Assembly: GCA_963812015.1 (NCBI GenBank)
Contig: CAWETI010000003.1
Coordinates: 2,016,001-2,080,000 of the forward strand
From: an uncultured delta proteobacterium
GTDB lineage: Bacteria > Desulfobacterota > Desulfobaccia > Desulfobaccales > 0-14-0-80-60-11
Length of the DNA stretch: 64,000 nt
Direction of reading: 5' to 3'
This document shows, piece by piece, positions 39,992-49,340 of the stretch. The notes beneath the pieces are model-generated. The model made no database searches. It was given only the letters and a program-made list of their open reading frames with translations, and had not been told where the DNA came from. A program made the position numbers and the translations under genes. Each line of letters starts with the position of its first letter. The stretch's first letter is position 1.

Positions 39992-40516
39992 CTAGCGGGC
40001 GCTGACCACGGTGTCCAGCTCAAAAGCCACGGCCTTGGCGAGGCGTTCCCGGCGGGTGGTATCCAGCTGGTCGGCCACGCCGAAGTGGAGGCAGTGGGTG
40101 ACGCACTTGGCCACGCAGGCCGGCTTCAGCCCCTGGTCGATGCGGTCCATGCAGTAATCGCACTTGACGACCTTGCCGAGCTGGGGCTGCCATTGGGGCG
40201 CGCCCCAAGGACAGGCGGAGATGCAGCTTTTGCACCCCACGCAGAGGGACTGCTCCACATAGACAATGCCATCTTTGGGGCGCTTGCGCATGGCCCCCGT
40301 GGGGCAAACGGGCACGCACCAGGGATCGGAGCAATGAAAGCACGGCATAAACACAAAACCCATCCGGGGCACGCCCCCCACCATCTTGGGGCCGACGGAG
40401 ATAATCTGTCCCAGCCGGGGACCCGGGGGGAGGCCCTTGTTACTCTTGCAATGCACTTCACAGCTCAAACAGCCGATGCATCGCTTCTGGTCCTGCAACA
40501 GGTAGTATTGACTCAT
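39992..40516 (-). CDS. 4x[4Fe-4S] electron-transfer subunit (PsrB/PhsB/DmsB-like)
   Basis: CIGCLSCEVHC, CFHCSDPWCVPVCP, CVGCKSCISACP, KCDYC...PACVAKC. Confidence 0.9.
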   Translation of the reverse strand: MSQYYLLQDQKRCIGCLSCEVHCKSNKGLPPGPRLGQIISVGPKMVGGVPRMGFVFMPCFHCSDPWCVPVCPTGAMRKRPKDGIVYVEQSLCVGCKSCISACPWGAPQWQPQLGKVVKCDYCMDRIDQGLKPACVAKCVTHCLHFGVADQLDTTRRERLAKAVAFELDTVVSAR

Positions 40517-40586
40517 CTATTCCTCCACAAAACTCGATCACGCCCGCGGCAGATTCGGGAACCGCCCCAGGCCTGCCGGGTCGAGA

Positions 40587-42680
40587 CTATTTCAGGCGCC
40601 GCACCTGCACCAGGGTATTATCAAACGCCGGGCTGCCGCCCACCGGGTCCGAGACGTTTTCCTGGAGCAGGGCGTCGGAGGCTCCTTTCAGATAGCAGCG
40701 GGTTTGGACCGGCACGGTTTTGCCAAACCCATGGAGCATGAAGACCGCTTCAGGGTGAATCATGTCCGTCACCTTGGCCTTGATTCGGGAGGCGGCCAGC
40801 GGGGAGATGACCTCCACCTCCTCACCGTCTTTGATGCCCAGGCGGCCCGCGGCCTCGCTATTGATCCACAGGAAGTTTTCCGGCACCAGCTCATTCAAGT
40901 AAATGTTGTTCTGGGTGGACATGTGGGTGTGCACCGCACTGCGGCCCACCAGGAGCTTGAAATCGCCGTTGCCGTTACCGGATCGGATTACCGGGATGTA
41001 GGGCGGGAAGGACTGAAAGCCGGCGCTCTCCAGGAGCGGGCTGACCAGCTCGAACTTTCCTGACGGGGTCTTGAACTTGATGCCTTTTTCCCGGTCCCAC
41101 AGGAGGGTCTGCTCGGTCAAGGCCACAAAGCCCTTGGCGTCGAAATCCTCGATCTTCACTTCCAGATCCCGGAGCTGGAAATTCCAGATGTCCTCAAGGG
41201 TTTCATAGGGGAAGTAGCGGCCCAGGTCCAGGCGCTGGGCCAGTTGCTTGAGGATCAGCCAGGCGGGACGGGTGTCATAGCGGGGGCTCACCGCCGGCCG
41301 GCGCATGTAGAGCTGGGGTTTTAGCCCCGGCACCAGCTGGATGGAATCGCCCCGCTCCAGGTAGATGGATTCCGGCAGGATGACGTCGGAGTACCAGGCG
41401 ATTTCACTGAAGTTGACGTCGATGGTGACGATGAGGTCGAGCTTGTCCAGGGCCTTCCGGGTGGTGGCGCTGCCGGGAATGGACTGGAGCGGCTCGAACC
41501 GGTTGATGATCAAGGCCTTGATGGGATAAGGGTCTTCATTCAAGATGGCATGGGGCAGCATCTGGGGATTGCCGTGGGAGGCGTCGGCCACGGGAAACTT
41601 TTCGAGCCCGGAGCCGTCAAAGCGCGGCGCCTTGATCTTGGGAAACTCCTGTTCCACATACTTCCGGATATCCCCCCGGCCTGCCTCCTTGGGGCCTTTC
41701 TTGAAAAAAAGCCCGCCCTTGGCTTCGATACTGCCCATCAGGGCATTGAGGATAATCAGGGAGCGCCGGAAATAGACTTCGTTGGGATGGTGCGACCCCC
41801 GGTAGCCGTAGTGGAAGACCACGGCAGGCTTGGCCGCGGCGGCTTCCCGGGCCAGGCTGACGATCTCGGCGGCCGGAATGCCCGTTTCCGCCTCGGCCCA
41901 TTCCGGGGTGTAGGGTTCGATGAAGGCCTGGAGCTCCTTAAGGCCTTTGACCCAGCGGCGGACGTAGGGGGCGTCGTGGAGCTTCTCTTTCAGGATGGTG
42001 TGGATCAGGGCGTAGTTGAGGGCCAGGTCGGTGCCGGGGCGGATCATCAGGTAACGGTCGGCCTTGGTGGCGGTAATGCTCACCCGGGGGTCGATATAGA
42101 CGAGCTTGGCCCCCTTTTCCATGGCGTTCAGCAGGTTGTTGATGCCCTTGATCTCCAGGGATTCGAAGAGGTTGCGGCCGTACATGACAATATAGCGGGT
42201 GTTGGCGTAATCCACCCCCACCTGGGCGTCGGTGTAGCCGGTGAGACTCCGGAAAGCGGTGTTCACCGAGCCTTTACACAGGGCGTCGTGGGTAAAATGG
42301 TTGGGGGAGCCGATGGCCTTCATGAAGGTCTTGCTGATGTGGGTATTCAGATTGGTGCGCTCCCCGAAGACCAGGCTCTGGGCGCCGTGCTGCTTAATGA
42401 TGTCCTTGAGTCTGTCGCCTACGTAATCCAGGGCTTCAGTCCAGGTGGCCTGGCGCCATTGTCCGGCCCCTCGGGGGCCGGTGCGGATCATGGGGTACTG
42501 GGGCCTTTCTGCGTCGTGGAGCAGGGCCAGTCCCGCGGAGCCTTTGGCGCACAGGGCCCCCTCGATGCCCGGCACGTGGGGGTTGCCTTCGATCCACTTC
42601 ACGTCGTCATTTTCCACCAGGACCCGGATGGGACAGCGCACCGTGCACATGAAGCAGATGCTGTAGACTTCTTTTGCCAT
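40587..42680 (-). CDS. Molybdopterin oxidoreductase catalytic subunit, PsrA/PhsA-like, no Tat signal
   Basis: Starts directly at SICFMCTVRC...LCAKG; GSPNHFTHDALC (Cys ligand), IRPGTDLAL, SDVILP, TPSGKFEL. RBS GAGGAAGG before ATG 42680. Confidence 0.85.
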   Translation of the reverse strand: MAKEVYSICFMCTVRCPIRVLVENDDVKWIEGNPHVPGIEGALCAKGSAGLALLHDAERPQYPMIRTGPRGAGQWRQATWTEALDYVGDRLKDIIKQHGAQSLVFGERTNLNTHISKTFMKAIGSPNHFTHDALCKGSVNTAFRSLTGYTDAQVGVDYANTRYIVMYGRNLFESLEIKGINNLLNAMEKGAKLVYIDPRVSITATKADRYLMIRPGTDLALNYALIHTILKEKLHDAPYVRRWVKGLKELQAFIEPYTPEWAEAETGIPAAEIVSLAREAAAAKPAVVFHYGYRGSHHPNEVYFRRSLIILNALMGSIEAKGGLFFKKGPKEAGRGDIRKYVEQEFPKIKAPRFDGSGLEKFPVADASHGNPQMLPHAILNEDPYPIKALIINRFEPLQSIPGSATTRKALDKLDLIVTIDVNFSEIAWYSDVILPESIYLERGDSIQLVPGLKPQLYMRRPAVSPRYDTRPAWLILKQLAQRLDLGRYFPYETLEDIWNFQLRDLEVKIEDFDAKGFVALTEQTLLWDREKGIKFKTPSGKFELVSPLLESAGFQSFPPYIPVIRSGNGNGDFKLLVGRSAVHTHMSTQNNIYLNELVPENFLWINSEAAGRLGIKDGEEVEVISPLAASRIKAKVTDMIHPEAVFMLHGFGKTVPVQTRCYLKGASDALLQENVSDPVGGSPAFDNTLVQVRRLK

Positions 42681-42759
42681 ATCTGGACCTTCCTCTGTGT
42701 TATTCAACCTTAATTACATATTAACCTTTTATCGTTTATATATAAATAGGTTCCCATAA

Positions 42760-43377
42760 TTATCGGTCTTTGGCGACTGTGCCGACCGATATTGCAGCCG
42801 GCGAGATTCCGGGTGGTTTGGCCAAGGTTTCCACCGCCTTAACCGGACGATCGTCAACATCCGGGAGTTTTTTGGTCCCGCGGAAATACGGCAGTTTATG
42901 TTTCAGCCGCTTAAACAGGATATACGCCGGGATATACAACAGGACAAAAATCCCGATATAGCCCACGGAAAAACCGATGAACGGCAGGGGGAACGCCATC
43001 TCCAGAAAGCGGTACTGCATCCAGCCCAAGGCGAAGAAGATGGGCCAAAAAAACGTTGCCGACAGAGCTAGTTGCATGAAGAAAGACTTGCCGAAGGCCT
43101 CATTGGCCACCTTGTTAGCGGCCTCATAGGCTGGCCTATTTCCCGCCTTGAGGGCCTCCATGGACAAATCCTGATATCTCTTGGCTTCGCCGGCTACCTC
43201 CTCGAAGTTTCTCCGCACCATAAGCGAGGCCAGAAAGGAGGTGAACTCCCCCACCAGCAGGGAGAGAACCGCCAGGGCCAGGGTGCCCAGGAGAAAATTC
43301 ACCGCCGCGGAACCTGAGAGCCGGTAAAACCAGATCAGGTAAGGATCCAGCCAGAGGTAAAGGGGATGCATTTCCAT
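42760..43377 (-). CDS. Hypothetical membrane protein
   Basis: Three to four hydrophobic segments; lies between tauE and the molybdoenzyme on the same strand. Confidence 0.7.
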   Translation of the reverse strand: MEMHPLYLWLDPYLIWFYRLSGSAAVNFLLGTLALAVLSLLVGEFTSFLASLMVRRNFEEVAGEAKRYQDLSMEALKAGNRPAYEAANKVANEAFGKSFFMQLALSATFFWPIFFALGWMQYRFLEMAFPLPFIGFSVGYIGIFVLLYIPAYILFKRLKHKLPYFRGTKKLPDVDDRPVKAVETLAKPPGISPAAISVGTVAKDR

Positions 43378-43443
43378 ATCTTTCGCGCCGGTAAGGAGGG
43401 GCGCCAGGGCCCGCCCCTCCGACCTTGCCTCTCGTGTTTTAGA

Positions 43444-44610
43444 TTACAAGCCTGGGAAGATGGATTTTCCCATAAACCCCTTGGTGAGATAACCGATACC
43501 GACGTAAATCGCCAGAACCACGAAGATGCGCTTCAGCCAGACCTCTGGGATCTTCTTGGAAGTTAACGGGCCAAGGACGGAGCCGATGGCGATGCCGATG
43601 AGTTCGGTGCTGATCAAGATAAAATCTACGGAAACCTGCTGGACCACCATCATGTTGAAGATGTTGACGATCATGCCCACCAGCACCGCCAGGGCCGAAG
43701 TGCCGGCCACGATGAACATGGGCAGCCCGGCCACCGAGGTCAGGAAGGGTACGTAGAGGAAGCCGCCGCCCACCCCGATGAAGGCCGAGATGCCGTTGAT
43801 GATGAACCCCCCCAGGAGGGGATAGAGGGGATTGAAGGAAAATTCCTGGCCGTAAAAGGTAAAGGCGATCTTGCTGACTCCCCAATGGGTGACCTGGACG
43901 CCGCAGGCCTGGGCCCCGGTCTCATCCACGGCGCACTTGCGGATGTGGATGTCCTCAAAGGCCTTGGCCGCGGCCTTGGCCGCTTTCTTCTTGGCCTGTC
44001 CCGCGGGGGTGGTTTCATAAAAGAGCACGAAGGCCACAGCAAAGACGATAATGCCAAAGAAACCCACATAGAGGCTGACATCCATTTTGCCCACCGTCAA
44101 CAGGGGGACTAGGTAGCCGGCCAGGATGCCGCCGACAGCCAGACACAGGCCCAAAGGCAGCACCAAACGGCCCATGCGATAGTAGGTAAAGGAAGAGATC
44201 AACGCCGACAGTCCCACCAGGTACTGGTTCGAAGTTCGGATGGAGTCGGTAAGCAGCTTATTCAGACTGGGACTAGATTTTTTAAAGGTAGCGGCATAAT
44301 CCGACAGCCCGAAGACCGAGATATGCCCCACCCCGGCCATGATGCCGCCAAAGGCGCCAACCGAAGAAAAAATCCAACCCACCCAGATGCCCCACAGGAT
44401 GTAAAACAGCCAGAAATGATGGGGCGCGCCGGGAATCCCCATGAACCCCTTGGGCATGTCGGGATGGATCATGCCGGGGCCGGTGCCCACGGGGGTCTTG
44501 GCAATGGCATCTTCCAGCTTGCCGGCCCAAGACGGTTCCACCAGGACCAGGGTGGTCACCACGGCCAGGGCGGCCAGGAAAAAGATGATGAGTACAGGTT
44601 TGTTCCGCAT
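43444..44610 (-). CDS. Sulfite exporter TauE/SafE family protein with N-terminal extension
   Basis: SSVGAFGGIMAG and FIGVGGGFLYVP repeats, VAGTS; RBS AGGAGG before MRNKP. Confidence 0.85.
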   Translation of the reverse strand: MRNKPVLIIFFLAALAVVTTLVLVEPSWAGKLEDAIAKTPVGTGPGMIHPDMPKGFMGIPGAPHHFWLFYILWGIWVGWIFSSVGAFGGIMAGVGHISVFGLSDYAATFKKSSPSLNKLLTDSIRTSNQYLVGLSALISSFTYYRMGRLVLPLGLCLAVGGILAGYLVPLLTVGKMDVSLYVGFFGIIVFAVAFVLFYETTPAGQAKKKAAKAAAKAFEDIHIRKCAVDETGAQACGVQVTHWGVSKIAFTFYGQEFSFNPLYPLLGGFIINGISAFIGVGGGFLYVPFLTSVAGLPMFIVAGTSALAVLVGMIVNIFNMMVVQQVSVDFILISTELIGIAIGSVLGPLTSKKIPEVWLKRIFVVLAIYVGIGYLTKGFMGKSIFPGL

Positions 44611-44743
44611 GAAATCCTCCTGCATGAAGAATATGGTCAAGTGCGCCGGCACCTGGCCGGGATAATGATTTTTACCGGCTTTTTCGCCAAGCATCGCCCT
44701 GACCCCTGGCGCGCCAAGCCTGACTTAATAGATTGCAAAGATG

Positions 44744-44759
44744 AGCAAATAGTATGCCA
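44744..44759 (-). promoter_or_regulatory. Sigma54 promoter of the tauE-molybdoenzyme operon
   Basis: Minus strand TGGCATACTATTTGCT, a near-consensus -24/-12 element. Confidence 0.85.
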
Positions 44760-45058
44760 ACTATTGCCATTGTATTATTTACAACTTTTAATAACCTTCC
44801 AGGAAGATAATCATGCCTTCACTGATCACTGGATGCCCCCAACCCGAAGGGGGCAGACGGGAACCCCGCGCCATAACGTGCGCCGCCTCAGTCTTTTCAG
44901 GGCATATCTAAAGATTTAAGGAGGTAGTTAAGGCCCGTTCAGGCCAACTTTTTCCCGGGAACCAGAACCTTACCAAGGAGCAGCTTATAAGCGATTGATC
45001 ACATCTAGTTTGAATCATTATTTTTTTTTAAAATGCCTCAATTTTCTTGGCGGCGCAA

Positions 45059-45111
45059 CGTTAATCGTTTATGCTTAACACACGTAAGCTCGTTAACGGT
45101 TAACCCTTAAC
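45059..45111. promoter_or_regulatory. Heptamer array (NNTTAAC), putative activator binding sites
   Basis: CGTTAAT-CGTTTAT-GCTTAAC (45059) and CGTTAAC-GGTTAAC-CCTTAAC (45091). Confidence 0.55.
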
Positions 45112-45223
45112 CCGGGAAACGTCTTCCCCTTCCGGGGCTGAGCCGGCCAAGATGCAGGGAGGCAGTTACCGTCCAGGCTGATTTCACCCGATCACGGGTC
45201 CATCATGCTCCAAGGAGACGATT

Positions 45224-46738
45224 TTGAAAGGAAAAGCCAATCGAGACAAGCAGGATGTTCCCGAGGCCCTGTTTGAAGAAGGCCAAGAGTACTTCTGGAA
45301 GACCGTTATTGACACCATGATGGACGGCTTGGTGCTGGTGGACGTGGAGGGGGTGATCCTGTCCGTCAACCAGGCCATGGAGCAGATTACCGGCTACAGC
45401 CGGGAGGAGCTCATCGGCCAACCCTGCACCATCCTCAAGTGCCATGCCTGCCTGGATTCGGTGGTCTTGGGCCGGCGAAAAGAATGCGAGCTGTTCCGGC
45501 GGGGGCATGTCCGGCGGCGCAAGTGCATGCTGGAAAAAAAGGACGGCACGCCCCTGCCGGTGCTGAAAAACGCCGCCATCCTCAAGGACAGCAACGGCAA
45601 GGTGGTGGCCGGGGTGGAGAACTTCACCGACCTCAGCGAGGTAGAGGCCAAGGAACGGGTCATCTCACATCTGCGCCGCTCACTCAGCCGAGAGGACAGC
45701 ACCTTCGATCCGCCGGTCCAGTCCCCGGATATGATGCAGCTGTTCATCTCCCGCCTGCGCCAGGAACTCAACAAAGAGGACGGCTTTCACGGCCTTATCG
45801 GCACCTCGCCGGTCATGCTGCAACTGTGCACCCTCATCTCCAGCGCCGCCCAATCCGAGGCCCCGGTGGTGATCTATGGGGAGTCCGGCACCGGCAAAGA
45901 ACTGGTGGCCGCGGCCATCCACCGCCTCAGTCCCCGGCACCAGGGGCCCTTCATCAAGGTGAACAGCGCCGCCCTGAATGAATCCTTACTGGAGAGCGAG
46001 CTCTTCGGCCACGTCAAAGGCGCCTTCACCGGGGCCGACCGCACCCGGGTGGGGCGCTTCGAGGCCGCCAGCGGGGGGGACATCTTCCTGGACGAGGTGG
46101 GGGACCTGCCCATGGCCACCCAGGCCAAGCTCCTCCGGGTGCTTCAGGAAAAGGTCATTGAAAAAGTGGGGGACCACGCCCCCATCCCGGTGAATGTCCG
46201 GATCATCACCGCCACCAACAAGGACCTTCACCGGCTCATGGCCCTGGGCAGGTTCCGGGAAGACCTCTACTACCGGATCGGCGTCATTCCCATTCACTTG
46301 CCGCCCTTAAGGGAACGGCGGGAGGATATCCCCCTGCTGGTCAAGGCCTTCATCTACCGGGCCCGGCGCCAGACCCGCAAACCTCTCACCGGCATCAGCG
46401 ATGAGGCCCTGGACCTGATCACCAGCCATGATTGGCCCGGCAACGTCCGGGAGCTCATCAATGTCATCGAGTACGCCTTTGTCCTGTGTAACGAAGGGGC
46501 CATTCAGCCGGAACATCTCCCGGCCACGTTTCATCAGAAGGCTGCGCCGCCGCTCCGGGAACGCCGCCTGGGCCGGTTAGGGCGGGCGACGGACGAGCGC
46601 CAGCGGCTGATCGATGCGGTTAACCAGGCCGGGGGCAAGAAGAGCGAGGCCGCCCGCCTCCTGGGCATCAGCCGGGTGACCCTGTGGAAGCTCCTCAAGG
46701 TCCACGACATCCAGGTGGACAAGATTATCCGCGGTTAA
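45224..46738 (+). CDS. PAS-domain sigma54-dependent activator
   Basis: PAS with a Cys cluster, GESGTGKE, GAFTGA, WPGNVREL, HTH; divergent from the sigma54 promoter at 44744-44759. Confidence 0.92.
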   Translation: MKGKANRDKQDVPEALFEEGQEYFWKTVIDTMMDGLVLVDVEGVILSVNQAMEQITGYSREELIGQPCTILKCHACLDSVVLGRRKECELFRRGHVRRRKCMLEKKDGTPLPVLKNAAILKDSNGKVVAGVENFTDLSEVEAKERVISHLRRSLSREDSTFDPPVQSPDMMQLFISRLRQELNKEDGFHGLIGTSPVMLQLCTLISSAAQSEAPVVIYGESGTGKELVAAAIHRLSPRHQGPFIKVNSAALNESLLESELFGHVKGAFTGADRTRVGRFEAASGGDIFLDEVGDLPMATQAKLLRVLQEKVIEKVGDHAPIPVNVRIITATNKDLHRLMALGRFREDLYYRIGVIPIHLPPLRERREDIPLLVKAFIYRARRQTRKPLTGISDEALDLITSHDWPGNVRELINVIEYAFVLCNEGAIQPEHLPATFHQKAAPPLRERRLGRLGRATDERQRLIDAVNQAGGKKSEAARLLGISRVTLWKLLKVHDIQVDKIIRG

Positions 46739-46803
46739 CGCCTGGCGGGATCCGGGAGGAATTTTCATAAATCCCGCCGCGCCACTCACCTGGCGCATCA
46801 ATC

Positions 46804-46831
46804 GGCAGGGCCAATCCGGCCCTGCCTTTTT
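46804..46831 (+). terminator. Rho-independent terminator
   Basis: GGCAGGGCC-AATCC-GGCCCTGCC-TTTTT. Confidence 0.75.
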
Positions 46832-46870
46832 CATCCGGCCGGGCCCCCCCTGGCGCGGCCAGTCCCGAAG

Positions 46871-47578
46871 TTAAAGTTCCACCGGCTCCCTGGCTTTAGC
46901 CTTCAGCCTTTTATAGATCACCGGGACGAGACTCACGATGAGCACCAGGATCACCCCGATGATCACTCCCCGGGAAAGGTTGCCGTGGATGAGGTCCAGG
47001 AGGTTGCTGGAGAAATACACGAAGGCAATGGTGGAGGGCAGCATCGCGACGAAGGTGGCGGCCAGATACGGCCAGAATGCGATCCGGGTGAGCCCGAAAG
47101 CGTAATTCAACAGGGAGAAGGAGAAAACCGGGATGAGCCGGGTGAAGGCCACGATCTTCCAGCCATGCCGGGCCACTTTGTCATCCAGGGACATCAACCG
47201 GGTGCCGGCCAGCTTCCCGGTCACCCAGTCCCGGGCCAGGTAGCGGGCCACCAGAAAGACCAGCCCCGCGCCGAAGGTGGCGCCAAACGCCGTATAAACC
47301 ACCCCCCAAACGGGGCCGAAGAGCACCCCGCCGGCCAGGGTGATGGGAAGCCCGGGGAGGAAAAGCGGCCCCACGGTCCACACCGCCAGGTAGATCAGGG
47401 GCAGCAGGACCGGATACGCGGCGCCGAACCGGCGCAGCCGCTCCTGATCCAGGTACTGCTCCAGGTGAAAATACTGCATGGCCACCACCGCTCCGATCAA
47501 TAACAGGAAGATGAGCGGGCGGATGACGGCCGCCTTTTTCCGGCTCGCCGGAGAATTTTCCCTGTGAAGATGTGTCAT
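46871..47578 (-). CDS. TVP38/TMEM64 (DedA/VTT) membrane protein
   Basis: LPGLPITLAGGVLFG, RLIPVF, LNYAFGLT. Confidence 0.9.
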   Translation of the reverse strand: MTHLHRENSPASRKKAAVIRPLIFLLLIGAVVAMQYFHLEQYLDQERLRRFGAAYPVLLPLIYLAVWTVGPLFLPGLPITLAGGVLFGPVWGVVYTAFGATFGAGLVFLVARYLARDWVTGKLAGTRLMSLDDKVARHGWKIVAFTRLIPVFSFSLLNYAFGLTRIAFWPYLAATFVAMLPSTIAFVYFSSNLLDLIHGNLSRGVIIGVILVLIVSLVPVIYKRLKAKAREPVEL

Positions 47579-47705
47579 GCAGCTCTCCTGAAGTTATCTT
47601 AACCCAGGCGGATCGTCAGCCCAAACGGGATACCATGCGCGGGGTCTAATGTTACTTCCCAGATATATCTTTCAAAAATATTTTCCCCATGTTTGAGAGG
47701 TTTTC

Positions 47706-47733
47706 GTGGGGGCGGTTCGCGAACCGCCCCTAC
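47706..47733. repeat. GTAG-type REP palindrome
   Basis: GTGGGGGCGGTTCGCGAACCGCCCCTAC; core repeated at 49284 and 62631. Confidence 0.8.
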
Positions 47734-47790
47734 AACAGCCTCCGGGAATGGAAGCCGGCAACTGCTGAAAGATACTCCCGAGACATGACA

Positions 47791-48489
47791 CTATCGCCCC
47801 GACTCCGGTTGGTTGGGACCCTGGCGCCCGAGCAACCGGCGGGCCTCCTGAAAGCTGCGCCATCCCGGCTCCGGCTCCCGGCGGGGCCGACGTAGGAAGG
47901 CCAGCAGATCGGCAGAGGTGTCGATGTCAGTCCAGGGGGGGAGTAGGTGGACCCTGAGCCCCAACTGCCGGGCCAACCGGAGGGTGTCCGTGAGGACCGT
48001 GCCGCTGGACCAGGCCGGCCCCTGGAACAAGCGGGGCTGAGGCTCACTGAGGCCCACCAGATAGTACCCGCCGTCGGGGCAAGGCCCCAGCGCCACCTCG
48101 GCCCGCCCGGCCGCCAGGACCTCTCTGGCCTCCGACACCACTGCGGCCGCCAGGTCCGGGACGTCGCTACCCCTGAGCAGTACGGGGCCAAAACCGCCGG
48201 CAAAACCCCGGGCGAAGGCCCGGGCCATGCGCTCCCCCAAATCCGCCCCCTCCTGGGAGAAGAGGTCCGCGCCTGGGAAGGCCTGGCTCCGAAAAAAGTC
48301 CCGGGACCCGGGGGGACTAAAAGCCAGGGCCAGGCGGACTACCGGCACCCGGGCCATTTCTTCCAGGATATCCTGAAGAAAACTGTGATACAGTTGCGCG
48401 ACCTCCTCCGGGGAGAGCGGCGGGCTGAGACGGGTTTTCACCCGCCCCGGGCGGGGTTCCTTGGCAAAAATGATGAGCAGGGCGGTCAT
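47791..48489 (-). CDS. Arsenosugar-cluster glycosyltransferase-like protein (TIGR04282/DUF2064 type)
   Basis: IFAKEPRPGRVKTRL, QEGADLGERM, GSDVP, LGPCPDGGYYLVG, DIDT. Start placed at MTALL. Confidence 0.85.
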   Translation of the reverse strand: MTALLIIFAKEPRPGRVKTRLSPPLSPEEVAQLYHSFLQDILEEMARVPVVRLALAFSPPGSRDFFRSQAFPGADLFSQEGADLGERMARAFARGFAGGFGPVLLRGSDVPDLAAAVVSEAREVLAAGRAEVALGPCPDGGYYLVGLSEPQPRLFQGPAWSSGTVLTDTLRLARQLGLRVHLLPPWTDIDTSADLLAFLRRPRREPEPGWRSFQEARRLLGRQGPNQPESGR

Positions 48490-48492
48490 ACG

Positions 48493-49206
48493 GTGCGCGA
48501 CACCAAACGGAAGCCGGACATAAGCATCATCCTGCCGATTCTCAATGAGGCCCCCATTCTGGCCGAGACCCTGTCCGGCCTGCCCCGGTCTCCCGACCTG
48601 GAAATTATCCTGGTGGACGGCGACAGCACCGACGCCACCCGGGAAGTGGCGGCCGGCTTCCCTCACGTTCGCTGGCTTATCGCTCCCCGGGGCCGGGGGG
48701 CCCAAATGAACGCCGGGGCCCGGATGGCCCGGGGAGACCTTTTCGTATTTCTGCACATCGACACCGTTCTGACCCCGGACCATGTAGCCGCTCTGCGCCG
48801 GGCCGCCGCCGACCCCGCAGTCGGCGCCGGAGCCTTTGCCCTTCGCCTGACGCCGCCAACCCCCTTCCTCAAGTTTATCGCCTGGGGGGCAAACTGGCGC
48901 TGCCGCCTCTTGCGCCTGCCCTATGGGGACCAAGCCATTTTCGTGCGCCGGGACCTGTTCTTCGCCCTGGGCGGTTTTGCCCACCGCCGCCCAGAAGACC
49001 TGGACCTGGTGATCCGGCTACGACGGCTCACCCGGCTCCGCCTCTTGAGGCCGCCGGTTTCGAGCTCCGGGCGCCAATGGCTGCAACAGGGCAACCTCCG
49101 GACCTCTGGCTCCCACTGGGTCTTCCTGATCCACCACCTGGCCGAACGCCTCCTCACCCGCCGCTGGCCCGTGATGGGTGAGTTGTGTGTTGGGGGAAGG
49201 GGCTAA
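48493..49206 (+). CDS. Arsenosugar-cluster GT2 glycosyltransferase (TIGR04283 type), start approximate
   Basis: ISIILPILNEA, VDGDSTD, GRGAQMNAGA, FLHID, PYGDQAIF, EDLD, SSGR. Confidence 0.85.
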   Translation: MRDTKRKPDISIILPILNEAPILAETLSGLPRSPDLEIILVDGDSTDATREVAAGFPHVRWLIAPRGRGAQMNAGARMARGDLFVFLHIDTVLTPDHVAALRRAAADPAVGAGAFALRLTPPTPFLKFIAWGANWRCRLLRLPYGDQAIFVRRDLFFALGGFAHRRPEDLDLVIRLRRLTRLRLLRPPVSSSGRQWLQQGNLRTSGSHWVFLIHHLAERLLTRRWPVMGELCVGGRG

Positions 49207-49263
49207 GGCCTTTTCGTAAGTGGCCCCTACCCCTTCCCCCAAACCCCCTTCCGCAACCCCTTA
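49189..49263. repeat. Dispersed repeat family, copy B
   Basis: Reverse-complement match to 33032-33102; overlaps the stop codon of the GT2 gene. Confidence 0.8.
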
Positions 49264-49283
49264 CAGGGGGCTGGGAGGGGGGT

Positions 49284-49311
49284 GTAGGGGCGGTTCGCGA
49301 ACCGCCCCTAC
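49284..49311. repeat. GTAG-type REP palindrome
   Basis: GTAGGGGCGGTTCGCGAACCGCCCCTAC, a perfect 28-bp palindrome. Confidence 0.85.
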
Positions 49312-49340
49312 GTCCCCGGCCCCGCAATTTTCTACTTCCT

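Noticed and set aside
47947..48984. Long N-terminal extensions of the two glycosyltransferases in the ORF track
   Set aside because: Each extension is the antisense read of the other gene; family similarity begins only at about 48489/48493.
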